DNA from: Octopus vulgaris
Taxonomy: Eukaryota
Assembly: GCA_951406725.2 (NCBI GenBank)
Contig: OX597815.1
Coordinates: forward strand, 23,746,001 to 23,810,000
Reading direction: 5' to 3'
DNA length: 64,000 nt
Shown: piece by piece, positions 54,350 to 64,000 of the stretch
Layout of the letters: every line of letters begins with the position of its first letter
Numbering within the stretch: the first letter of the stretch is position 1
Notes under the pieces: model-generated
What the model was told of the DNA's origin: nothing
What the model saw: the letters and a program-made list of their open reading frames with translations, nothing else
Databases searched by the model: none
Made by a program: the position numbers and the translations under genes

Positions 54350-54935
54350 TGAACAGTGGGCGCTAGTAACGAAGGCGCATTTTTCTTGCTAATGCAGCAA
54401 AATCGGACTTAACTTCGAGCATTGCTGGTGCCCGAGCTATGCATATACCTTCTCGTTTTACCTATTAGACCCTTACTTTGCAATAGTTTATCAGTAAGAT
54501 ATCAGATAAGGAATCAACTAATACCTTATCAGTAACGTCTTATGCTGTTGCTGTTGTTTCAAAAGAAAGCAAACTAAGTATTCTTCCTTCAGTTAATCAC
54601 CAACGAAGCTGCCAGCAATGCAAATCAGATTGGCACAATGAGAAACATTAGCTAACTCATCCAGCTGAATAGCAAACTTGTGTGCTGGTGCTTTCATTTT
54701 GACAACAACTTGCATCTTAATATCCTCCCCGTTATCATCTATCCAACAGAAAATAATGCTTTTGGAGACGGAAACTTTTAAACTTTTTACTCTGTTTTCA
54801 GTTCTCCGCACATTCTTTTGCACAAGAATCTCAGCTACAGGAATGGTAGTATAAGGCTTCTTAGAAATCGTCATGAAATATGCAATTTCGTAAGGTGCAC
54901 AACCTATATCGGCTTGCGTGACAAGAGGCATATTG
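54350..54935 (-). pseudogene. hAT (Charlie/Buster-like) transposase remnant
   Basis: YEIAY..KKPYT..WIDDNGEDIKMQVV..KFAIQLDELANVSHCANL. Confidence 0.75.
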
Positions 54936-55003
54936 GATATTGTGAAAATTTTAGATATTCAAATATTGAATTAAATGTTAATTAAAAAAATTAAATGTCA
55001 TCG

Positions 55004-55008
<5 letters not shown>

Positions 55009-55072
<64 letters not shown>
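55009..55072. repeat. (TA)n microsatellite
   Basis: Direct reading. Confidence 0.95.
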
Positions 55073-55074
<2 letters not shown>

Positions 55075-56343
55075 TGATACCCACTAATCCATGCAAAGCA
55101 TACATTGACAATGTTAAATATCTTTCTTTTCATGGAAGACAGATAATAGTTATATTTCCAATTAATGCTAATGGACTTTATAATGAGTGGGGATGTTGTT
55201 CAAGGTTTAAGATTAAAAAAAATTAAAAACAATACACATATCTTATTTTTAAAGACAGCACCAAAGTAAGATGATCATTCTTGAATTTTTAGAAGAAAAA
55301 AAAAACACGATTTATTTAAGCTTATTTCTCTCTCAAAAAAGGAAAAGGACAGGCGCACGTTTTGTTGTTATCATCGATCTTTCTTTCTCCCTGCTTTTGA
55401 TAAAATAATGAACTGAGAGTAAAAGCAATAAGAATTAATTCAATTTAACAATATCCATTTATTTAAATTGAATTATTTATTTAACAGACTCCACTGATAG
55501 ACCTCAGTATCAATCCCTGCTTCAAAAATGCAGACGTTATTTGTCCTACTAATCTTTCCAAAATAAGAGAACAAATAATATAGAAAATGATGCAGTTTAT
55601 TTTTTTAACTATTTTGAAGTATTCTCATCATATTTGATTGCCTTAGTCTTATAGATTTCTCAGATTTATATCTGTAATGTACTATATTTAAAATACGTAT
55701 ATTAAAACATTACAGTTATTAAAAAAATATGAATCCCGCCGAAGGTAAACCAAGCTCCACTAACGATCTGCTGCAACCGTAGGAAAACTATAGGTCTGAT
55801 ACAGCATAATGAATCTTAATTAAACTAAATAAGCTGAGCTGGTCTTTCGTGGTACGCTAAAGCGCTCATGTTGAGTACAAATTCGATTTTAAAATAAACT
55901 AACAGAAAAACCCGGCCTTGCTCAAGATTAAAATAGCATAGTTTTTTTTTATTGTTTTACTTGTTTCGGTATTATAACCCGATTTCATTCGGGTCCACTC
56001 GGGCCACATTTTAAAGATGAGGAATTTAAGAAAAAAAAAACGAAAATTTTATTAAAAATTGGTAATGAAAAAAAGCATGCCAAATGTTTAAACAGTCTGT
56101 AAGAAGCGATTGGAGAAATTTCGCGGATGCAGATGTGAAGGGCAAAGAATGACGGGAAGATGCTGAAAAATAAAAATAAAACGCCAATCAGGTCTCTGCA
56201 CAAAACTGAAATAGTATAATACGACTGTACTTACAATGTTTTGGATACAATATGTAGTCACATCCAACGTAATTTTGCGGAATCAGTGTCGCATCGTGAA
56301 CCCATAGGTTGGGAGTTTGATTGGCAGAGGTGGCTAGCGACGT

Positions 56344-56557
56344 CATCATCATCAGTGTTCGACCGTGGTCGAGACAATGGAATTTGCCATGCTACGCCAG
56401 ACTTCACGGTCCATCAAAGCATTGCGGAGGTCCTGTTGCTGGATGCTTGTATCCCTGGAGATTACATCAGGATAGGAGAGTGTGCGCCCTCTGGTATTGC
56501 GAGTAGATGGCTTCCAGAGGAGAAGAGTAGAAATTGCCTCGTTTTCAGCTCTACAAC
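56344..56557 (-). mobile_element. 5'-truncated RTE-like LINE 3' end
   Basis: LLLWKPSTRNTRGRTLSYPDVISRDTSIQQQDLRNALMDREVWR; (TGA)n tail; TSD agcgacgt. Confidence 0.8.
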
Positions 56558-56659
56558 AGCGACGTGAAGAAGGTGGATGCAGTTGGGCTAAAAAATTAAG
56601 AATATTACAAAGACTCCGACGGGAGAGCAATGGCGGTAGGTTCAAAAGTGTTCTTGCAG

Positions 56660-57390
56660 GGCTTCTTTGTAGACAACATAAGGGATTACAGGAAACATAC
56701 AAATGCTTTTGTACACCATTATGTCAAACGCGGTTACAGAGAATCAGGATTAAAGGAAATAGCAAATGAGATAGCTAAGATTAGCAGAGAAAGTCAAACC
56801 TTCACGCATAGTTTTAGCAAATACAATACAATATGTGACAGAATTCCTTTAGTGAGTAACTGGCACCGAATTTTCGCTGGCATTTCAAAAGTGTTGCATG
56901 ACAGTTACCAGCTTGTTGCAGAAAAATATCCTCGTTTCAAACAGATATTTCCTCAGCCGCCCATTGTAGCCTTTAGACGGATAAATAAATATAAGATAAC
57001 TATTGACCTCTGTTTCTGACTCCAAGAAAACTAACATTGGAGTATCTGCACGCTGCACCTTAAAAAACAGCCGCAAGAGAGGTAAGCCCTGTTCATCGTG
57101 CAACAACATGAGTCAAGTGAATTCCATCAGAGATCATAACAGAAATGTTATGATTTATACAGAAGGTGGGACATGTAGAGATTCCCATTTGGTGTACGCG
57201 GCAGAATGCACGAAACACAACTTGATTTATTTACGTTGGTTGTACAACAGAACAATTAAACAAAAGATTTAATGGGCACAGATATGACGTCAGACACAAT
57301 AACAGTAGTTCAACAGAACTTGACAAACATTTTGCTTCAAACGGCTGCAATTTTGAAAGAGACTTGAAAGTGCATATGCTCAGAAAAATA
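56660..57390 (+). pseudogene. Penelope-like (Neptune-type) thumb/linker + GIY-YIG endonuclease remnant
   Basis: YVKRGY..RIPLV..FPQPPIVAFRR; CSSC..TCRDSHLVYAAECTKHNLIY(V)GCTTEQLNKRFNGHR..LDKHF across frameshifts. Confidence 0.85.
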
Positions 57391-57429
57391 TTCTGAATCT
57401 GCTTCAATCTGCTTCACTTTCAATGCTTT

Positions 57430-57710
57430 ACTGCGAACAGTAAAGACCGTGCCTATAATAACTGGGGCGTTGGTAACAGTAAGCCAAGATATAGACAAAT
57501 GGTTGAAGGGGATTGAAATAGAATGCCCGGTAGAGCTCCGACAGAAAGTTTGTCTTTTAGGGACAGCAAGGATTATCAGGAGGGTTCTAAGCACTTAAAA
57601 GACTGCTGAAAACTTGTGGATGCCTAAGGTTACAGGTAGTGACCCGTAATCCACATAATTCCTACCAGAAATAAGATCGAACCTGAGCCAAACCAAAATG
57701 ATGATAATTC
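57430..57710 (+). mobile_element. 3' end of an R4/Dong-like LINE
   Basis: VKTVPIITGALVTV..PVELRQKVCLLGTARIIRRVLST*; related to 47945-48245. Confidence 0.75.
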
Positions 57711-58073
57711 CTAACATAGGCACAGGGCCAGAAGCTTGTTGGGGATCAGCTAAAATTGAACAAAACAAAGCTCGAAATCCTCAGTTATGATCATTCTACC
57801 TTTATAGCATTATATAGGGCTACATTACCTATTGTGTTGTTAAGTGCGTATGCATGGCCGAATGATTAAGAAGGTCGCTTTCCAATCGTGTGGTTTCAAG
57901 ATCGATCCAACTTAAAGGCATTGGAGCAAACGTCTTCTACCATAAACTCGGATCAGCCCTGATCTTGTGGGTGATACTGGGTTGACTGAAACTCTGGGTG
58001 TGCTTGGAATTATAAGATCCAGCCTTGATTCACATTACTATGCCTGAAGATCATATTAAAGGTATACGTATAA

Positions 58074-58302
58074 GGCGGCGAACTGGCAGAAACGTTAGCA
58101 CGCTGGGCGAAATGCGTAGCCGTATTTCGTCTGCCGTTACGTTCTGAGTTAAAATTCCGCCGAGGTCGACTTTGTCTTTCATCCTTTCGGGATCGATAAA
58201 TTAAGTACCAGTTACGCACTGGGTCGATATAATCGACTTAATCCCTTTGTCTGTCCTTGTTTGTCCTCTCTGTGTTTAGCCCCTTGTGGGTAGTAAAGAA
58301 AT
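58074..58302 (+). mobile_element. SINE family A inserted in a family C tail remnant
   Basis: Full length; TSD aggtatacgt. Confidence 0.9.
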
Positions 58303-58910
58303 AGGTATACGTGTCTGTAGAATACTCAGCCACTTACATAATAATTCAATGTGTAGACAATTCATTTGCAAGTACAATTGAAATACACATTGTCGAAAGC
58401 AGCAGAAAATTCATTTGCTTTTTCTTTCTTACTATTTTTTTTTTTTGTTTTTTCGTTTAATCGAATTGAAATTTTCTGGAATTTTATGTTCATGGTACTT
58501 TGTAATGGTTGTAGTTTCTGCAGTAAAATGATATATACGAGTTGGAAAACGAAGAAGAGAATAAATCTACTGACAAACCGACAATATAAAAGTAAATGAA
58601 CAATTTAATTACATGGAAATATGTTATGATATAAAATGCGTTTAAATAATTGATAGCTCCGACACTGATATGTAATTTGGTATAAAAGCAGCCAAATCAA
58701 TATGCATTGTAACTGGTTATAAAATCTGACCGGTGCGGATGACCAAGTAGCTGATGCTTTAACGGGTGGTATAATTTTCTATTGGTGCTGATGCAATTAT
58801 TGTTGTTGCTGTTGCTGTTGCTTTTAATTTTGCTGTTGTTAAGTGTGTAAATGACAATAAAATGGCAAAATAACCTTAGATTAACAAAACAACGAAAACT
58901 TAGTAGAAAT

Positions 58911-59296
58911 TTGGAAGCACTCCGTCGGTTACGACGACGAGGGTTCAGGTTGATCCGAATCAGCGGAACAGCCTGCTCGTGAAATTAACGTGCAAGTGGC
59001 TGAGTACTCCACAGACACGTGTACCCTTAACGTAGTTCTCGGGGATATTCAGCGTGACACAGAGAGTGACAAGGTCGGCCCCTTTGAAATACAGGTACAA
59101 CAGAAACAGGAAGTAAGAGTGAGAGAAAGTTGTGGTGAAAGAGTACAGCAGGGATCACCACCATCCCCTGCCGGAGCCTCGTGGAGCTTTTAGGTGTTTT
59201 CGCTCAATAAACACTCACAACGCCCGGTCTGGGAATCGAAACCGCGATCCTATGACCGCGAGTCCGCTGCCCTAACCACTGGGCCATTGCGCCTCC
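58911..59296 (-). mobile_element. Young SINE family C
   Basis: Full length; TSD acttagtagaaat. Confidence 0.9.
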
Positions 59297-59929
59297 ACTT
59301 AGTAGAAATAACTGTTGGTTGGAAGGATGCTGTTGATTTAGGAATTATTGGGTAATCACACTTTCGAATTTATATCGTTTCATCAGACGGGTTTGTTTGT
59401 TTGTTTTTATTTTTCTCGCTTCGAAAAAAAAAATTGGTAAATTGAAACTGGGACATGTGGAAATATTCTTTTATTCTTTTACTTGTTTCAGTCATTTGAT
59501 TGCAGCCATACTGGAGCACCGCCTTAAAGGATTTTAGTCGAACAAATTGACCCCAGGACTTATTGCTTAAGCGACACTCTGGAAAAGTTAGGCTTTTTAG
59601 AAAAAAGAATCAACCAGTCAACACGCACGTTACAAATACAATCTGTAAGCGGAACAGTATAAATATACAAAACTTTTCTCAAGTTCGAAATGTGATATTG
59701 TTTTTGTCATCTACATTCCAACGATGTAGCTTTTTAAGAAATCAGCTGTCTTCCTCAAATAATTAAAATAATTTTTAAAATAGGGGATAGCATATAAATG
59801 TGAGTGTGTATAAATGTATATATGTATGTATGTGTGTATGTATATATGCTTGTGTATTCATACATACATACATACATACATACATACATACATACATACA
59901 TACATTCATACATTCATACATACATACAT

Positions 59930-60050
59930 AGTTAACAACCACTGGGCAGCTAGTTTCCACAACTGTACACTGTTTCTCTTCTATATCCCAAATTATTATA
60001 TCAGACCTGTTGTGCTTACATTTTATTGAGGTTTTCACTGAGACATTCCA
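59930..60050 (-). pseudogene. REL endonuclease fragment of a LINE
   Basis: KHNRSDIIIWDIEEKQCTVVETSCP (NRPD..E motif). Confidence 0.65.
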
Positions 60051-60159
60051 CCCGTACTCCTTTTTATGATGTTGGAATTCAAATGAAGGCTCCTTAGATC
60101 TAGGTTACAAATCGCCTCTTTCACTATTGGCAAGAAATCTTGAAATAAAACTGAATAAT

Positions 60160-60323
60160 GACATACATACATACATACATATACACATACATACATACAT
60201 ACATACATATACACACACATACATACATACATACATACATACATACATACATACATACATACATACATACATACATACATACATACATACAAACATACAT
60301 ACATACAAACATACATACATACA

Positions 60324-60352
<29 letters not shown>
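60160..60352. repeat. (CATA)n microsatellite
   Basis: Direct reading. Confidence 0.95.
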
Positions 60353-60354
<2 letters not shown>

Positions 60355-60422
60355 TGATAGAAATGGCAAGACAGCAAAAGAATGAAAGAGACCTCGATAT
60401 TATGTAAATAGTGGAATTTATC

Positions 60423-60519
60423 TGTAAATATAATATGTGATAATTATTCGGTAGTCATGATAAAACTCATCCGAAACTCGGAGTTTTATCATGGCTACCG
60501 AATAATTGTCACATATTAT

Positions 60520-60526
<7 letters not shown>
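60423..60526. repeat. Hairpin with ~46-bp arms
   Basis: tgtaaatataatatgtga..ataaaactc / gagttttat..tcacatattatatttaca, two mismatches. Confidence 0.9.
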
Positions 60527-60591
<65 letters not shown>

Positions 60592-60689
60592 GTTTGTATG
60601 CATATGTATGTGTGTGTGAGTGTGTGTATGTGGGTAGGTGCCTGTGTTTGTGGGTGTGTGTATACGTGTGTATGTGCCTGTGTTTGTGA

Positions 60690-60895
60690 GTGTGTGCACG
60701 TGTGTTTCGCCACCCCATTCGACAGCCGGTGTTGGTTTATGTCCCCACAACTTAGCGGTTCAGCAAAAGATACCGATAGAATACATATCAGACTTTAAAA
60801 AAAACAGGACAAGGGTCAATCTGTTCAGCTAAAACTCCTTCAAGTCCGTGCTTCTGCATGGCCGCAGTCTAATAACTTCAGAAAGTAAAAGATAA
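60690..60895 (+). mobile_element. SINE family B 3' part (diverged)
   Basis: cttagcggttcagcaaaagataccgataga..gcatggccgcagtc. Confidence 0.65.
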
Positions 60896-61126
60896 AGTTA
60901 CAAAATGGAAAAGAAACCATTATAAAATTCAACCTGGATAAATTATGATAAAATGACACGGAGGGATACCGTCTGCCAGAGGGACACATAGTTAAGCGGG
61001 TTACATTGGACAAATTACAAAATTAAAGTAAGTTCACTTTATATGAATGCATAAATTCCAAACATTTTAATCTCACAACGATCTGAGCTCCTGTTAATGA
61101 AAGAACAGGGCTCCAACAGCCATATT

Positions 61127-61511
61127 CATGGAAGCACTCCGTCGATTACGACGACGAGGGTTCCGGTTGGTCCGATCAACGGAACAGCCTGCTCGTGAAA
61201 TTAACGTGTAAGTGGCTGAGCACTCCACAGACACGTGTACCCTTAACGTAGTTCTCGGAGATATTCAGCGTGACACAGAGAGTGATAAGGCCGGCCCTTT
61301 GAAATACAGGTACAACAGAAACAGGAAGTAAGAGTGAGAGAAAGTTGTGGTGAAAGAGTACAGCAGGGATCACCACCATCCCTGCCGGAGCCTCGTGGAG
61401 CTTTAGGTGTTTTCGCTCAATAAACACTCACAACGCCCGGTCTGGGAATCGAAACCGTGATCCTACGACCGCGAGTCCGCTGCCCTAACCACTGGGCCAT
61501 TGCGCCTCCAT
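61127..61511 (-). mobile_element. Young SINE family C
   Basis: Full length; TSD aacagccatatt. Confidence 0.9.
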
Positions 61512-62588
61512 AACAGCCATATTATGACCTTTTAAACATTATTACACTTTGGTCGATAGTAAAGTCAAGTGACTTCATAATTTCGGGGAAGGGGGAAATA
61601 TGTTGTTATAATTTTCAGTGCATAACAACGTTTAGCACGAACTGTACTTCGAGACTTAATCCTGTTTAATGTGCATATTTGTGACGTCATATCTAACCTC
61701 TAGAGTTCAATGTACGATGTTTATCAAGAACTTAAGTCAGTCAATGCCATAATTCACTATAAAGCTATTAAAATGGTCTTCAATAACAATATCAGTTTAT
61801 AGAAGGAAAATTACAATGTTAAATCTAAGCTGTAACCGGTCCAAAGTCAATGTTTTATCATAAATAAATTTGTACTATAAATGTCGTAACTTGTGTGGAA
61901 TATTAAGAAGATGCGTGAGATATAATCAACTTACCCACCAAATCATTACGAAGTATGAAGAAAATCATGTTTCACATCTTAATCTTAATTTAAATGAGAT
62001 CTACAGTAAGCTTTCTCTGTGTCACTCACCAGTAGGTCACTGCCCTCAAGAAATCTGGTGACACTACATTTAACCTGCAAACTATTCAACTGTGTCTGGT
62101 GTGAAAAATTTAATACCTAACCTATTTAATCGGCCCGAGTGCTTCCTGTCAGCTTAGGTCATGACTGTATGCATATTCTGTCAACACTGGTGTGCGTCCC
62201 TAGAAACAGTTTTGATCTTCTGAAGATGATACCACTCTTCACTCTTCCTCAACCTTCCACATCCAAGCGCCATCCGTTTACAACGTATACGTCTCACGCC
62301 AAATCTGCACTAACTTCATGAACAGAAACCTCGAAAGCATTCTCCTGTGGAGGTCGTATCAGTTTTGCTTCCTGCATCGCAAAGACTACTGGCTCTCTTC
62401 TTCAAGGTCAGAAAAATGATCCCGTCACCAACAATTAATGACCCCATACAAAGTGCATGTGAGTCACACAACGAAATACTATCTCTACGACACTTCAGAG
62501 ATTGCATAAAAATGACTGCTTAACGGATTGATAAGATGTCATTGCCCAGCAGTGCAGTCTACAGACGAGTTGTCTCTCCTCCTCCTCC

Positions 62589-62628
<40 letters not shown>

Positions 62629-62949
62629 TTCTCTCTCGCTGCCACTCATAACAGACTGGTTTCATTTCTACTTCAACTAGCGACATTCGACCCATTCGTC
62701 CCCATCTCAATTATTTCTCCCATTAAGCTTTCACTGCCCCTCTACGCCATTCTTTCATTCCCATCTCTGGAAATTCCAGCCTGTTCATGTGTTTCCTGCA
62801 ATCATCAACTCGAGAGCTCTTCTTTAGTGACATTTGAAATTTGCTCTACAAAGGGAGAAGGTATACAAGATGATTTTACTTTTATATGTAGCGAATATCT
62901 TTCTGCTGTTAAATGGTAGTGGATTTTATGAACCAATTGGGGTTATTTT

Positions 62950-63900
62950 TCAGGGCCTCTGTTTATAGGAACAGTGAGGTTTATAGCTGTGAGGTGTATA
63001 GGTTTCGTGTAGCCGATACACGCGGGCAGAACGTCGAGGAGAAACAAAACGTAGTATCATCCACATAATAGAGTGTATAGTTAAAAGAAATACAAGTAAG
63101 TCATTAATGTACGCAAAGAAAAGTATGACGGACATACCGTAAATCCTCGAGTATAATCCGTATTTTTCCCCCAAAATTTAAAGGTCAAAATCCCTAGTGC
63201 GTACTACATATGAGGTTAAAAATGAAAAATATTTTCTAAGCAATGTCTGAGTTTCTATTTGTTGTCTGGCTATGTTTATTCAGACGCATTTTGTGATGTC
63301 GGGCGTGAAAATACCTTAAGCTAAGCCTGAAAGCAATGAAGTCATAAAAGAATCACCCAGTAAGCAACACTTATTAAACGTTATTACTGTTATTACTGTT
63401 ATTTTTTATTTACTGCAAACAAAATGCACAAAAAAGCTACGTTTGCAATCATGTTATATATACAATAATAATAATAAAGGACGTTACCGTATACAGTTTT
63501 ACAAACCAAGGACGTTATATAGACCTCCTTGACTCAAGTTAGAGAAGGGGTGCGTATTATACACAAGGTTTAAGTTTTTCGGAGGTACAGCCCCCTAAAA
63601 ATCCCCTGCGTATTATACTCAAGGGCGGACTATACTCGGGGATTTACGGTAATCTTGTAGTACCCTAGATTTTATGTAATTTGGGTCGGCGAGAACCCAT
63701 CAGTGCACACTGAAATGGAGCAGTCTGACAAAAGTTTTCCCACCTAAAGATGAGATACTAGTGGAACTTCATAGGAGGGCAAGTAAGCGATAAGGTTCTT
63801 ATATTAAACACAAAAAATGTCTCATTGATGTCAAAGATAACAACATTGCTTCCAATGAAATTCTCAAGAGCTAGAGACCAAAGATCTTCAGTAGAATTAA
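62950..63900 (-). pseudogene. CR1/L2/Jockey-group RT remnant, split by a MITE
   Basis: VVIFDINETF (DxxKAF-like) on one side; LFFAYINDLL..YVDDTT on the other. Confidence 0.6.
63137..63649. mobile_element. pogo/Tc2-like MITE
   Basis: TIRs ccgtaaatcctcgagtataatccg / cggactatactcggggatttacgg, TA TSD. Confidence 0.85.
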
Positions 63901-64000
63901 CTTTACAGAATCCGGTACAAGTAATCACTAAAAAGGGAAATAACTTAAGATAGTGAAAGAAGTAGTTGTTTGTGAATTTTCCACACTGGGATATTATTAC

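Overview
AT-rich, microsatellite-saturated eukaryotic non-coding DNA. The tRNA-derived SINE families and the repeat density point to an octopus/cephalopod genome (inference). No intact protein-coding gene is visible, and almost all long ORFs in the track are dinucleotide/tetranucleotide repeat artefacts. The window is a graveyard of mobile elements: three main SINE families (young copies with TSDs, some multimeric), three Penelope-like element (PLE) remnants, R4/Dong-like, L1/Tx1-like, RTE and CR1/L2-like LINE fragments, a near-complete Chapaev3-type DNA transposon, Tc1/mariner and hAT remnants, MITEs (one carrying telomere-like TTAGGG repeats) and non-autonomous Helitrons. The most notable signals are a canonical type I hammerhead ribozyme at the 3' end of a PLE (5170-5229, minus strand), a 360-bp nested palindrome with four hammerhead-like cores (40041-40401), and a SINE that recurs as head-to-tail multimers with a junction shared between loci. 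A few possible host exons, including a 3-nt microexon, are weak candidates. All coordinates were read by eye and may be off by a few bases.
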